From an uncultured Candidatus Poseidoniales archaeon (GTDB lineage: Archaea; Thermoplasmatota; Poseidoniia; Poseidoniales; Poseidoniaceae), in NCBI GenBank assembly GCA_964009815.1, contig CAXGJQ010000001.1, positions 5,332 to 69,331 on the forward strand: a DNA stretch of 64,000 nt, written 5' to 3'. Positions 21,187 through 31,200 of the stretch are shown here, in pieces (positions within the stretch are counted from its first letter, which is position 1; every line of letters begins with the position of its first letter). The notes beneath the pieces were generated by a model. It worked only from the letters and a program-made list of their open reading frames with translations. It had not been told where the DNA came from and did no database searches. Made by a program: the position numbers and the translations under genes.

Positions 21187-21628
21187 CGCCTTGGCTTGGC
21201 TTGACCAGCGCGTGCCTCGAGGGTCGATTGTTCGATTCAGCATCGCTGGAGGATTCAACAGTTTTCTCTTCTATGTGTGTTGGGCAGGCCTCATGCTGAT
21301 GTTGGCCGATGCTGATGTTCGAATCCTTTGGGGAATTTGTTGGGGAGTCACCGGCGTCCTCGCCCATTTTGTCCATCGGTGGTTTACATTTGACGATAGA
21401 AAGCCGGTTGCATGGACCCTTTCCACCGCAGTTCCAGTGTATGTATCGAGTTTGGTCGGGTCAAGCATCACCATCGGTTGGCTTTCCGACACCTACACGG
21501 TCGATGTCCGCCTCCTGGGGCTTCTCAATCTGCTCGCTTGGGGCGTGATTGTTTGGCTGATGATGCGCTTGTTTGTGTTCCAGTATTCACCTACAGAGCA
21601 TGAGTCTCAAGAACATCAAACGGAATGA
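21176..21628 (+). CDS. GtrA-like flippase family membrane protein
   Basis: [21 protein letters not shown]; four TMs. Confidence 0.75.
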   Translation: MTTDALAWLDQRVPRGSIVRFSIAGGFNSFLFYVCWAGLMLMLADADVRILWGICWGVTGVLAHFVHRWFTFDDRKPVAWTLSTAVPVYVSSLVGSSITIGWLSDTYTVDVRLLGLLNLLAWGVIVWLMMRLFVFQYSPTEHESQEHQTE

Positions 21629-21953
21629 CATCCAGAGCTCGTTGGTGGGTCGCTTCCAAGTCAACCGGGCAAGCCTTTCCAGCGTTCACCGCGAGAAGCC
21701 ATGTGCGGGCACAAACACACCATGAATCTCCAGCTTTCAATCCTGGAAAGTTAAATCGAGGCGCGGGCGTGATGAGGTCGTTGCCCATGTCTCGGGCGAA
21801 GTGAAGGAAATCGTCGTTGAGCACGCAGCAAACGGTATGAGAACCATGGTCTTGGTCGTCCGTGTTGCAACAACCGTCTCGAAACCATCCCGTTAGGGGG
21901 TCTCGTGAACAAGGTTCGAGTTCAGTGCCAATGACGTTCACGCTGGGGTCCAT
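21591..21953 (-). CDS. DUF2237 family protein
   Basis: NVIGTELEPCSRDPLTGWFRDGCC, GNDLITP, FPGLKAGDSWCVCA. Confidence 0.9.
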   Translation of the reverse strand: MDPSVNVIGTELEPCSRDPLTGWFRDGCCNTDDQDHGSHTVCCVLNDDFLHFARDMGNDLITPAPRFNFPGLKAGDSWCVCARTWLLAVNAGKACPVDLEATHQRALDVIPFDVLETHAL

Positions 21954-22000
21954 GCCCAAAGCAAAGGGCATCGCCCTATGAACGCTTGTTCAACCTTCTC

Positions 22001-22330
22001 TCACCGCCGGAATACGTTCTTGAAACGATTCAAAATACTTGGTTTTTCAGAAGGTTGTGCTCGCCCAAGCAGCACATCGAGTTCGCCAGAACGGTCAAGA
22101 TTCAACAAATCGTCAAATCCACCAACCGATTTTCCGGCCACGATGATCTGCGGGACGGTTCGTGCGCCACCCGTAGCTCGGGCAAAAGCCCGTTGCGCCT
22201 CGGGAGTGTTTTTCAAGCGGCGCTCCTTGTACGTGACCCGTTTAGAATCAAGGAGGCGTTTGGCTTGAACACAAGCACCGCAGCCTCGATTGGTCCAGAC
22301 AATGACCGGCGAGTCATCACCTTGAACCAT
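22001..22330 (-). CDS. Glutaredoxin
   Basis: CGAC, RTVPQI, GGFDDL; start uncertain. Confidence 0.88.
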   Translation of the reverse strand: MVQGDDSPVIVWTNRGCGACVQAKRLLDSKRVTYKERRLKNTPEAQRAFARATGGARTVPQIIVAGKSVGGFDDLLNLDRSGELDVLLGRAQPSEKPSILNRFKNVFRR

Positions 22331-22425
22331 GGTTGACGGAGGAGTGAAACGGGTTTCAAGATTGGGGTCTGCCAAGGGGTTTTGTCCGTTGGGTTCATTG
22401 GGAAGAAGCGCGCAAAGGTGCAGTA

Positions 22426-22857
22426 ATGCTACCCGACACGGTTCACAAACTCCCCCGAGAAGAACGGTTTGCCTACGCCCGATTGCTGGCCTTCATGGCT
22501 CGAATTGACAATGAGTTGACCGTTGACGAAATGGCCATGTTTGAGCAACGCCTTGGCACCGCTCTGCTCTCGCCGAGTCAACGGGAATCGATTCGTGATG
22601 CCCTGAAGAACCCTCCAAGCCTCGAAGAGTGCTTGGAAGATTTGTCTGGAGAAGCGGGTCGGCTCGCTCTACGAGACGCCGTAATGATGGCGGCCGCTGA
22701 CGGTACCGTCGACGAGGATGAGCGGGATGCACTGGAGGACATTTCAGAACACCTGGGGCTGCGTGAGGATGCTGTTGAGCAACTCCTCAATTGGACGGTC
22801 AAGGGCTACAGATGGATGAAGGATGGTTACGAACTCCTTGATTCGCTTGAGGAATGA
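22426..22857 (+). CDS. TerB-like protein
   Basis: Duplicated MARIDNELTVDE and MAAADGTVDEDER motifs. Confidence 0.8.
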   Translation: MLPDTVHKLPREERFAYARLLAFMARIDNELTVDEMAMFEQRLGTALLSPSQRESIRDALKNPPSLEECLEDLSGEAGRLALRDAVMMAAADGTVDEDERDALEDISEHLGLREDAVEQLLNWTVKGYRWMKDGYELLDSLEE

Positions 22858-22863
22858 GGCCGT

Positions 22864-23286
22864 ATGTTCCCCGATGGTTTGATCCATCGTTCGCCACAAG
22901 AACGCGTCCGCTATGCCGAAATATTGGTGTTCATCGCAGCAGCGGATGGAGAATTGGTGCGCGAAGAAATAGCCATGATTGAAGCCATGATGGGGCGAGC
23001 CATGATTCACCCCGAATCGAGAATCACTGTTCGAGGAGGATTTGAACAACCCATTCCACTTGAACAATCTCTGGCCGACCTTGATCCAGTCTTTGCTCAA
23101 CTCGTCCTCAGGGACGCTGCGTTGGTCGCGGCTGTTGACGGGGATTACGACCGGAAAGAATTGACCGCTCTTCGTAAAATTGCGAAAGCGGCGGACGTGA
23201 CTCCGAAACAACTCTCACTGTTGCTTGATTGGGTGACAAAAGGATGGCATTGGTTTGAAGAAGCCAGTGTTTTTTTGGCGAAGTAA
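22864..23286 (+). CDS. TerB-like protein (tandem paralog)
   Basis: IAAADGELVREE and VAAVDGDYDRKE; aligns by eye with the upstream gene. Confidence 0.8.
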   Translation: MFPDGLIHRSPQERVRYAEILVFIAAADGELVREEIAMIEAMMGRAMIHPESRITVRGGFEQPIPLEQSLADLDPVFAQLVLRDAALVAAVDGDYDRKELTALRKIAKAADVTPKQLSLLLDWVTKGWHWFEEASVFLAK

Positions 23287-23347
23287 CGGGCGTTTTCCAT
23301 CCTCTCATTGAGAGACATCTTCAAAGAGAGAAAGCCGTCCCGTCGGT

Positions 23348-25354
23348 TTGGTGGGGACATTGCAAAACGGGGTTAGCGGATGGTATGCACGATTGGACCG
23401 ATGCCTTGACAACCGCGAACAACAAATTGAGATTTGGCTCACCACGTGGGAAAAATCGCTCAAGACCTTTCAGCCCATCGCCGCTCTTCTCCCCGAAGAC
23501 TGGCCAACTCTCCCGGCCAACCTTTTGACGGACCCAGGTCATGTGCTTGACCACCTTCTCGCTCGTCATGACGCCGAGTCCGATGGACGCTCTCCTCGAG
23601 GCGCCCACCCTACGCCACCACGTTTGGCGGACGCGGTTATTTGTTCTGAAATGAAAGACAACATGGTGAATCCTAAGAAACCCGTTCAGCAGTCCAATTT
23701 CCTGATCAGCAACCTCCCTCCCGGCTTCCGCCAGCACGTTGAACAACTCAATTTGCCAAAGGCAACCCAGGACAATGAAGTGGATGACGAAGCTGAGCAA
23801 CAAGCTGTTGAGGCCAACAAACGCACGCTGAGCGGCATACCTTTGCCGGTGGCCGACACAGCAACGGGAGGAGGTTTGTTCCATGCACGCTTGATTCGAC
23901 GACACGCCGATGCTCACGAAGATGCGGACCTTGAACTGCGCAAAGAAGACAGTCGCCGTCTGTTCTCAAACATCCAACTTTTGGATGTCAACCCCTTGGT
24001 GGTCAAGAGCACAAAAACAAGGCTTTTGCTCGAATCCATTCGTCATGAGCTCGTCAGTTTTGGGCCCGAAACACCAGGAAAAATTTCTCGAAAGGAAATG
24101 GAAGCCTTGCTTGACAGTGGTGTTCGTCAAGGAGACGCTTTGCAAGGTGATTGGCCATGGGACCAACCCCCTGAACTGGTACTGACCAACCCGCCATGGT
24201 TGCGCATTAAAGACCGGTTCAGAGGCATGGAAGACGGCAGCCAACTCCGCAAAGAATTGGGTGAACAACTTCGAAGCCTTGCCGACAACGGCACGCCTCG
24301 TTTTTCCACCATGCGTGGAAACGTCAACCTCTACCGCTTATTCATCGAGCGCAGCCTCCAGATTTTGAATGAAGGAGGCCGATTACGCATCATCGCACCC
24401 GACAGTCTTCTTCGGGAACAATCGTCACATCCGCTTCGAGAATTGCTTGTCAAGCACCACGGCTGGACCCATGCTTGGGCCATTGAGGAGGCCAACCTTC
24501 TCTTCCCAGGAATGACACAAGGCGTGGTTGTACTCGGAATTACCGCCAACGGCGAAGCCCCCGTACTCAACCTCCAAGGGCCGATTACTCGGGCTGACCT
24601 GCGCCGTGAAGGTGAGGGTTTATCCTCCCGCGTTCCTGTGTTTGAACTCAAAGAAGAACAGTGGACGGGTTGGGCACGAGACACATGGGCAGTACCTCGT
24701 CTTCCCCGGGATCGCGTTGAACGCACCTACACCCTTGAGGTGCTTGACCGCCTAGCGAAACTCCCACGCCTGAGTGATGAAGAACACCCGCTGACCACCA
24801 ACAAACGCCAGGTTCGTGTGCGGGTTGGAGAAATTGACCAGACTTCCCATGCCAAGAGCATCGAAACATGGGTCAAAGGCAAGCGAAGCCGTCCTTTCAT
24901 CCGGGGAGTTCACTTCTCAGAAAGTGAAGATGGGAAAGTTTTCATTCGCCATCCTGCCTTCCGGACCGACATTCCATCCCGTGCGAGTGAACGCCAGCTT
25001 GCCATGTGGGTGGGCGACAACCATCCATCCTACGGGCCCCGACTGGCCTGTCAAGCCATCGTTAATGCTCATCAAGAACGCCGTCTGCGCTGGGCCGTTA
25101 TCCCCCAAGGGAGTGTTCTTGGGAACAGCGTGAACCACATCGAATTGCATGACGACATCCAATCCCGCTTGATGGAAGAGCACTCGGACATCGAAACCGG
25201 CTTGGAATGGCTCTGCAACCACCTGAACAACAACGACCTTGACGAATGGGCTCGAGCCTGGGCTGCCAACAACAACGTCAACAATTACGAATTGGAAATG
25301 TTGCCAGTTGAACTACCCGACTCCTTTCCACAATTCAGCAGTCTCGTCCGCTGA
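23348..25354 (+). CDS. N6-adenine DNA methyltransferase (gamma class, Eco57I/TaqI-like)
   Basis: GAHPTPPRLA (motif X), VADTATGGGLF (I), LTNPPW (IV), NLYRLFIERS, IAPDSLL..LRELL; C-terminal TRD-like region. Confidence 0.8.
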   Translation: MVGTLQNGVSGWYARLDRCLDNREQQIEIWLTTWEKSLKTFQPIAALLPEDWPTLPANLLTDPGHVLDHLLARHDAESDGRSPRGAHPTPPRLADAVICSEMKDNMVNPKKPVQQSNFLISNLPPGFRQHVEQLNLPKATQDNEVDDEAEQQAVEANKRTLSGIPLPVADTATGGGLFHARLIRRHADAHEDADLELRKEDSRRLFSNIQLLDVNPLVVKSTKTRLLLESIRHELVSFGPETPGKISRKEMEALLDSGVRQGDALQGDWPWDQPPELVLTNPPWLRIKDRFRGMEDGSQLRKELGEQLRSLADNGTPRFSTMRGNVNLYRLFIERSLQILNEGGRLRIIAPDSLLREQSSHPLRELLVKHHGWTHAWAIEEANLLFPGMTQGVVVLGITANGEAPVLNLQGPITRADLRREGEGLSSRVPVFELKEEQWTGWARDTWAVPRLPRDRVERTYTLEVLDRLAKLPRLSDEEHPLTTNKRQVRVRVGEIDQTSHAKSIETWVKGKRSRPFIRGVHFSESEDGKVFIRHPAFRTDIPSRASERQLAMWVGDNHPSYGPRLACQAIVNAHQERRLRWAVIPQGSVLGNSVNHIELHDDIQSRLMEEHSDIETGLEWLCNHLNNNDLDEWARAWAANNNVNNYELEMLPVELPDSFPQFSSLVR

Positions 25355-25464
25355 ACGGAGAAAAGCGCGCGTTTGATTTCCGAATTCCCGCGTTTTGAAC
25401 ACGATAATTTATAGCGACTGCCTCGTTAGCACCACCTGCGTACTCTTTGGGAGATGAATTGACA

Positions 25465-26046
25465 ATGGGCGTTCATCCAAAGATTGGCATCACTGGCTTG
25501 CCACGCAGTGGGAAATCAGCCGTTATGGAAAAGGTCCTCGACATGCTCCTCGACGAGCGAAAGCGAGAGATCTCTATGCGAGGGGGGTCCACAGAGAACC
25601 CCATTTTGGGTGGCCTGCGAACCGAACCGTTGCTTGAAAACGGTGAGCGAATGGGTTACAAGGTCATCGACATTGTTTCTGGAGAAGAAGGTACCATCGC
25701 TCACAAGAAGATCGACTCTCGTCTGCGGGTGCTTGGATACGGTATCGATGTCGAAGAGCTCAACCGAGTGGCTCTGCCAGCCATTGATTACGCTCAGCAC
25801 CATTGCGAAGTGTTGGTCATTGACGAGATTGGGAAATTCTCAGTTGAATCGGAAGCGTTCGTTCAAGCGGTGCGTAGCGCTTTGGAAGTGGACATGCCAA
25901 CCTTGCTGACCTTGCACAAGAAAAGCCGCCATCCGCTGCTTCAAGACATCCGTCGCCGGGACGATGGTCGAATTCTCGAAGTGACCCCCGTCAACCGTGC
26001 CTTGTTGCCCTACAAGATTCACAAGCTCATGCGGGAAACGTATTGA
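25465..26046 (+). CDS. THEP1/NTPase_1 nucleoside triphosphatase
   Basis: ITGLPRSGKS, LVIDEIGKF. Confidence 0.88.
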   Translation: MGVHPKIGITGLPRSGKSAVMEKVLDMLLDERKREISMRGGSTENPILGGLRTEPLLENGERMGYKVIDIVSGEEGTIAHKKIDSRLRVLGYGIDVEELNRVALPAIDYAQHHCEVLVIDEIGKFSVESEAFVQAVRSALEVDMPTLLTLHKKSRHPLLQDIRRRDDGRILEVTPVNRALLPYKIHKLMRETY

Positions 26047-26098
26047 GCAAGAATCCATGCATCGGTTCTTTGATGTGGCTACCCTGCTTGGACTGGTC

Positions 26099-26440
26099 AT
26101 GCACCCCCCAAGCGTTGCCGTTGAACGCCTCCTCTATGGAACGGGCGTGGGCCTCTTGCTTGGAATCGGGTTTGGTTTGCAGGCGGGCCGAAGTTTTGGC
26201 TCAACGTACCTTGCATTGGAACTGTTCATCGTTTTGGCCGTTGGTTGTTTTGTCCTCGGCTGGATGCTTGGAAACGGCGGCGGCCCACTGGCGCGCTGGT
26301 TCTCTCATGAGACCGAGGATGCCATGGCCAAGCGCGTTCGTTCGGACATTGAAGAAGTCCACCGCTCCGAGGATGTAACGGCCAAATGGGCCGAGATGGA
26401 AGCAAAGGTTCTCACCGAAGACCTCAGTGAAGAAGCATGA
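26099..26440 (+). CDS. Hypothetical two-TM membrane protein
   Basis: Two hydrophobic helices, acidic tail. Confidence 0.55.
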   Translation: MHPPSVAVERLLYGTGVGLLLGIGFGLQAGRSFGSTYLALELFIVLAVGCFVLGWMLGNGGGPLARWFSHETEDAMAKRVRSDIEEVHRSEDVTAKWAEMEAKVLTEDLSEEA

Positions 26441-26498
26441 GTGTCGCATCGTAGGGTTGATGTGTATTCGCCACCTCGTTTGATGCAGAGGCGAGACC

Positions 26499-26882
26499 AT
26501 GAGCGATGTCCCCGAAGGATTGTACTACACCAAAGAACACGAATGGATGCGAGTTGAAGGGGACACCGTCACCATCGGCATCACCGACCACGCCCAAGAC
26601 ATGTTGACCGACATCGTGTACATCGAACTTCCAGAAGAAGGCGATGAAGTTGACGACATGGGTGAATTTGCGGTGGTCGAATCGGTCAAGTCCGCATCCC
26701 CAATCTTCGCTCCACTTGCCGGCACCATCACCGCTGTCAACATGGATCTTGAAGACGCCCCCGAACTCATGAATTCCTCACCCTACGGTGATGGATGGAT
26801 TGTCAAGATGACCCTGGAGAACCCCGGTGCTGTTTCTGGGCTCATGGACGCCGCCGCCTACAAAGCGGAAATTGGCGAGTGA
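26499..26882 (+). CDS. gcvH: Glycine cleavage system H protein
   Basis: YTKEHEW, IGITDHAQ, VESVKSAS (lipoyl-Lys), PYGDGWI. Confidence 0.95.
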   Translation: MSDVPEGLYYTKEHEWMRVEGDTVTIGITDHAQDMLTDIVYIELPEEGDEVDDMGEFAVVESVKSASPIFAPLAGTITAVNMDLEDAPELMNSSPYGDGWIVKMTLENPGAVSGLMDAAAYKAEIGE

Positions 26883-26886
26883 GTCC

Positions 26887-27426
26887 ATGGTTGAAGCCAC
26901 GGCGTTGACCCTGTACGTCGATGGTTCGTGCCTTGGCAACCAGAACGTCGACGCTTCAACACCAGCCTCTTGGGGATTGGTCGTCGTCATCGGTGATTCT
27001 GGACTTGGGAAAGGGTCTGGTGAACTGCACCATGAAGAAGCCGGTCCCGTCATTACCTCTCCCAGCGCTGAGGGTTTTCTCGGTGCAGAGGTTGGCTCCA
27101 ACAACACAGCAGAATTGAGTGGTTTCGCAGCCGCTCTTCGGTGGCTTCTGGTTGAGGGAGGTGAGTCCCCTGCAATGATCCGAGCGGACTCAACCTATGC
27201 AGGAAACCTTGCAAGCGGGGTTTGGAAAGCCAAGAAGAATCGAGAATTGGTGGCCAATGTGCAAACGCTATGGACGGAAGTCGCTGCATTACGTGAACTG
27301 TCATGGTCCCATGTGAAAGCTCACCGAGGCCATCGATGGAATGAACGCGCCGACCATTTGGCTGCGCGTCATGCCTCGGGGGAACTCCCCGAGCCTCTGA
27401 CGTTTTGGAAGCCGGGTCAGCGTTAA
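26887..27426 (+). CDS. rnhA: Ribonuclease HI
   Basis: YVDGSC, NNTAEL, ADSTY, HVKAH, WNERAD. Confidence 0.9.
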   Translation: MVEATALTLYVDGSCLGNQNVDASTPASWGLVVVIGDSGLGKGSGELHHEEAGPVITSPSAEGFLGAEVGSNNTAELSGFAAALRWLLVEGGESPAMIRADSTYAGNLASGVWKAKKNRELVANVQTLWTEVAALRELSWSHVKAHRGHRWNERADHLAARHASGELPEPLTFWKPGQR

Positions 27427-28286
27427 CCGTCAAGTCGGCCCTTCAGCCAATGCGTGAACTCATCGCGATAATCGGGGCGGCGTAAAGCATGGTCAACTTG
27501 CGCTTTTAACCACAGCAATGGGGCACCTGAATCGTACCACTGCGTCTCATCAAACACGACTCCGTGAAGCGTACCATCGTTCATCCAGTGGTGAAGTAAA
27601 GCGATGCTTTGCAAATCTCCATGCGCTTCGTAGGAGTATGTTTGCAGAAGTTTCTGGGTTTCTTTTGGAAAGACATAGCGGCCGCACAAGGCCAATCGAG
27701 AGGGGGCTGCGTCAAGCGTTGGTTTCTCAACGATGTGGTGAATGCGCTGGCCTTCTAGCGCTACGATCCCGTACTGTGAAACGACGCTTTCGTCCACTTC
27801 CATCAATCCCACTGTTGCCTCACCGGTGCTCATGTAGGCCTCGATCAAGCGCTTTGAGCACCCAGATGGTTTGAAGTTGTCAACAGGGGCATGCATATCC
27901 ATCATGAGGGTGTCTCCAAGCATGACCAAAAACGGGCCTTCCACTTCGTGAAGCGCTGCTTCAATGGCGTTTCCAACCCCCATGGGCTGATGTTGCAGGT
28001 GAACGTGAACTTCGAGGTCGGCAACAGCATGAAACAGCGATTCATCGAGATGTGGTCTTAGGGCGTGAAGGTCCCGGCGGTCCTCGAGGAGAGAATCAAA
28101 CGATTTTGACGGAGAGGTGACGATGTGAATGCGTTCCACACCTGCTTCTTTGGCTTCAAAAAGAAGGTGGGTAAGGAGAGGAACATCGACCAAGGGGAGC
28201 GATTCTTTGGAAGAAAAGGCACTCGCTGGAAACATTCGCGTGCCAAGGCCCGCAGCAATCAAGACGGCATCCTGAACCGGGTCCAT
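27423..28286 (-). CDS. galU: UTP-glucose-1-phosphate uridylyltransferase-like nucleotidyltransferase
   Basis: AVLIAAGLGTRMFPA, KESLP, QPMGVGNA, VMLGD, IVEKP, GRYV, YDSG. Confidence 0.75.
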   Translation of the reverse strand: MDPVQDAVLIAAGLGTRMFPASAFSSKESLPLVDVPLLTHLLFEAKEAGVERIHIVTSPSKSFDSLLEDRRDLHALRPHLDESLFHAVADLEVHVHLQHQPMGVGNAIEAALHEVEGPFLVMLGDTLMMDMHAPVDNFKPSGCSKRLIEAYMSTGEATVGLMEVDESVVSQYGIVALEGQRIHHIVEKPTLDAAPSRLALCGRYVFPKETQKLLQTYSYEAHGDLQSIALLHHWMNDGTLHGVVFDETQWYDSGAPLLWLKAQVDHALRRPDYRDEFTHWLKGRLDG

Positions 28287-28335
28287 GGCCCTCCACACAA
28301 GGCACAGGCTTTCAAGCGTGGCGTCCCAGCACGGC

Positions 28336-28752
28336 ATGATGGAACGAAAAGGCACCGTCGGTCTTCTCGTGGCTGGCACCCTTCTCGTGGCCCAAACCCT
28401 CACCACCGTGGCTCCGCCTGGACCATGGGATTCCTCATCGTTCACACGCGGCGTGTTCGGCCTGTTGGGCTTGGTGCTCATCTATTTGGCATGGTTCAAC
28501 CATACCTTTGGCATGGTTGGAGTGGCGCCAACGGTGAACCGATGGAAAACACCGGAGACCACCTGGCTCCAAGTGGTGGTGTTTGGCCTCGCTTGCCTCG
28601 TCCTGACCAGAGCCATCCGATGGGGGGATACGGGCGGGTTTATTCCAGAACCAACTGGACTCTTGCTCGCTCTGATCGGTTTCTTTGCCTTGATGAACGG
28701 CCTCTATGTGTGGCTCATCACCAACGGGCCTTTGGCGGATGAAGAAGAATAA
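28336..28752 (+). CDS. Hypothetical four-TM membrane protein
   Basis: Four hydrophobic segments. Confidence 0.6.
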   Translation: MMERKGTVGLLVAGTLLVAQTLTTVAPPGPWDSSSFTRGVFGLLGLVLIYLAWFNHTFGMVGVAPTVNRWKTPETTWLQVVVFGLACLVLTRAIRWGDTGGFIPEPTGLLLALIGFFALMNGLYVWLITNGPLADEEE

Positions 28753-28754
28753 AT

Positions 28755-30218
28755 TCACTCATCCAACGAACGTAGAGCATCGCCAAGCTCTGGAAGATTG
28801 TCAGGCGCTTCCATCTGAGAAACATGAACGGGTCGTTGTTCGCTGACCGGTGGTTCACCTTCTCCAGCCAGCCACGCCTGCCAGGCTTCGCTGCGCTCAG
28901 CACGGCGAAGGGAGAGCGGTTTCCAAAGCGGCTCCAAATCTGCGCCGGCATCGTACAATGCTTTGATTTGCGGAGCAAAATGCTCCGGTGCAACTTCTTC
29001 CATGCGCAACATGAGTTCACGCAGACGGGTGCGGACGACTTCGTCGCCGTCTTTCCAAAGGTCGTGAAAAACGCCTCGACTATCCGTGGGGTCGTGTTCA
29101 ATGTACTCGCGCAGGTTGGGCACAAGGTTTCGACGAACAATGGCGAGAGGATGATTGGCCAGTTGCTGAAGACGGTCGGCCCACTGTTCTTTGTCGAGAT
29201 ACTTGACGTCACCGACCGTGGCGCTAGCGGCGGCCAGTACGCCCTCATCCTCGGACGCTAACATGGCGTCCAAAAACGGGAGCGCGTCCCATGTGAGGCG
29301 GCGAAAAAGGCGGGTGAGTACGTCAGCCATCGCCCGCTGAACCAACGTCTCCTCACGCTCGTGGAGACGCAAGGCCAGTTGGTGACCAAAGTCTCGGTCG
29401 GCCTCGATGGCTTTGGCCAAGCAGAGGGTCACCTTGTTGGCCACCTCGGCGACCGGGTCGGAGGCTCTTCGCAGAAGAATTTCTTTGAGGCCGAGCGGTT
29501 CAATGAGGGGTTTTCGCTCCAAAAGAAGGCGAACCCATTCGAGCAGCAAGAGGCGGCGGTCCAAGTCGCCGCCCTCGAGGCGTTCAAGGAGCCAACGAGC
29601 CGCAGCGACACCATGGTCATGCGCCACCACCGTACTGGACATGCGAGGCACGACGGCGTGAGCGTTCCAGTCCATGTGTTGAGGCCCTGCGTCGGGTTGA
29701 GTGTGCCAAGTACCAGGCCGTTCAGCCAACGCGATCGATTCCACGAGATGGTAGCCTTGGTGAACCGGTTGGCCGTAAGGTACGGTGGCCAAACCGTTGA
29801 TCAAAGCGATGCTGAGCCACCAACGGTCGGTATTGGGGGCGTGTGGGTCAAAGGCTTGGGCCAGCCAATCGGTGGCGATGTGAAACAGCAAGCGGTGAGC
29901 CACATCGTCCATTCTTCGACCCAACCACTTTTGATGAATTTCAAACGGGTCATCGCTCAAATTCATCCGATGTGGGACGATGAGGTCAACAACGGTGTTG
30001 AGATGCCGGTCGAACATGCCGCGGTCAATGTTGAGGATGCCGAGTCCTTCTTCGAACAAACGATGAGGAGAAGTGGGGGGAATGGGGGGGAAATCGGGGT
30101 CGGACATCGGCGGCTCTGGTAGCGGCCACGCTTCAGTGCCGCGTTCAAGGGCTTCAACAAGCCCCGTTGCCACACGCTCAAACGCTGCATCGGAGATTTT
30201 GGTTCGGCTCTTGCTCAC
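28755..30218 (-). CDS. HEAT/ARM-repeat-like protein
   Basis: Repeats DPVAEV, EETLVQRA, DEGVLAA, PLAIVRR, DEVVRTR; GTG start with GGAGGT upstream, directly downstream of tfb. Confidence 0.65.
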   Translation of the reverse strand: MSKSRTKISDAAFERVATGLVEALERGTEAWPLPEPPMSDPDFPPIPPTSPHRLFEEGLGILNIDRGMFDRHLNTVVDLIVPHRMNLSDDPFEIHQKWLGRRMDDVAHRLLFHIATDWLAQAFDPHAPNTDRWWLSIALINGLATVPYGQPVHQGYHLVESIALAERPGTWHTQPDAGPQHMDWNAHAVVPRMSSTVVAHDHGVAAARWLLERLEGGDLDRRLLLLEWVRLLLERKPLIEPLGLKEILLRRASDPVAEVANKVTLCLAKAIEADRDFGHQLALRLHEREETLVQRAMADVLTRLFRRLTWDALPFLDAMLASEDEGVLAAASATVGDVKYLDKEQWADRLQQLANHPLAIVRRNLVPNLREYIEHDPTDSRGVFHDLWKDGDEVVRTRLRELMLRMEEVAPEHFAPQIKALYDAGADLEPLWKPLSLRRAERSEAWQAWLAGEGEPPVSEQRPVHVSQMEAPDNLPELGDALRSLDE

Positions 30219-30255
30219 GCTGTTGACCTCCAAATACCATCGGGAGAACGTAGAC

Positions 30256-31182
30256 TCAAATGTCCAGTTCAATGTTGAGGTTCTGAATCAGTTCCTTGTA
30301 TCGGTTTCGAATGGTGACTTCTGTAACACCAGCGACTTCAGCGACTTCACGCTGCGTGCGGCGCTTTCCACACAGCACCGAGGCGATGTAAATGATGGAT
30401 GCGGCAATACCGGTTGGGCCACGGCCGCTGGTCAATTCCTTTTCTTGGGCGGCTTTGATGAGTTCGTAAGCCTTGGCTTCGACGTCAGCATCAAGACCAA
30501 GTCCCGAACAGAAACGAGAGATGTAATCCTCTGGGCCAGTTGGCATGATCTTCATCTTCAGTTCTCGGACCATGAATCGGTACGTACGTCCGATTTCCTT
30601 GCGGCCGGTACGGGAAGCTTGTCCGATTTCGTCAAGGGTTCGAGGTACGCCACACTGACGGCAAGCCGCATAGAGGGATGCCGCGGCGACACCTTCGATG
30701 GAACGGCCTCGGATCAACCGCTTGTCCACGGCTTTCTTGTAGTTCACAGCTGCAGCCTCACGAACTGACTTGGGGAGTTCCAATCGGCTGGCCATGCGGT
30801 CAAGTTCGGCGAGGGCCATTGCAAGATTGCGTTCAGTGGCGTTGCTCACTCGGCTTCGCTTCTGCCACTTTCGCATGCGGTAAAATTGGGAGCGGTATCG
30901 AGAATTGATGGTCTTCCCGGAGTAATCCTTGTTTTGCCAGTCGATGTCCGTGGACAATCCTTTGTCGTGAAGCATGACGGTCATGGGTGCACCGGTACGG
31001 GCGCGCTGGTCGCCTTGTTCGGGTGAAAAGACACGCCATTCGGCGCCCTGGTCAATGACGTTGTCTTCCAAGACCAATCCACAATCGTCGCAAACGACTT
31101 CGCCACGGGTCTCATCTCTAGAGAGCGATCGGCTTGAGCATTCAGGGCATTTGACAATATCTTCGACTTGTTGTTCATCCAT
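30256..31182 (-). CDS. tfb: Archaeal transcription initiation factor IIB
   Basis: CPEC..CDDCG Zn ribbon, EWRVF B-reader, HDKGLST, two cyclin repeats, [12 protein letters not shown]. Confidence 0.97.
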   Translation of the reverse strand: MDEQQVEDIVKCPECSSRSLSRDETRGEVVCDDCGLVLEDNVIDQGAEWRVFSPEQGDQRARTGAPMTVMLHDKGLSTDIDWQNKDYSGKTINSRYRSQFYRMRKWQKRSRVSNATERNLAMALAELDRMASRLELPKSVREAAAVNYKKAVDKRLIRGRSIEGVAAASLYAACRQCGVPRTLDEIGQASRTGRKEIGRTYRFMVRELKMKIMPTGPEDYISRFCSGLGLDADVEAKAYELIKAAQEKELTSGRGPTGIAASIIYIASVLCGKRRTQREVAEVAGVTEVTIRNRYKELIQNLNIELDI

Positions 31183-31200
31183 AGTAATCCCACACGTGTT

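Noticed and set aside
28287..28481. N-terminal extension of the galU-like gene
   Set aside because: It overlaps the divergent membrane-protein gene; family homology begins at MDPVQDAVLIAAG.
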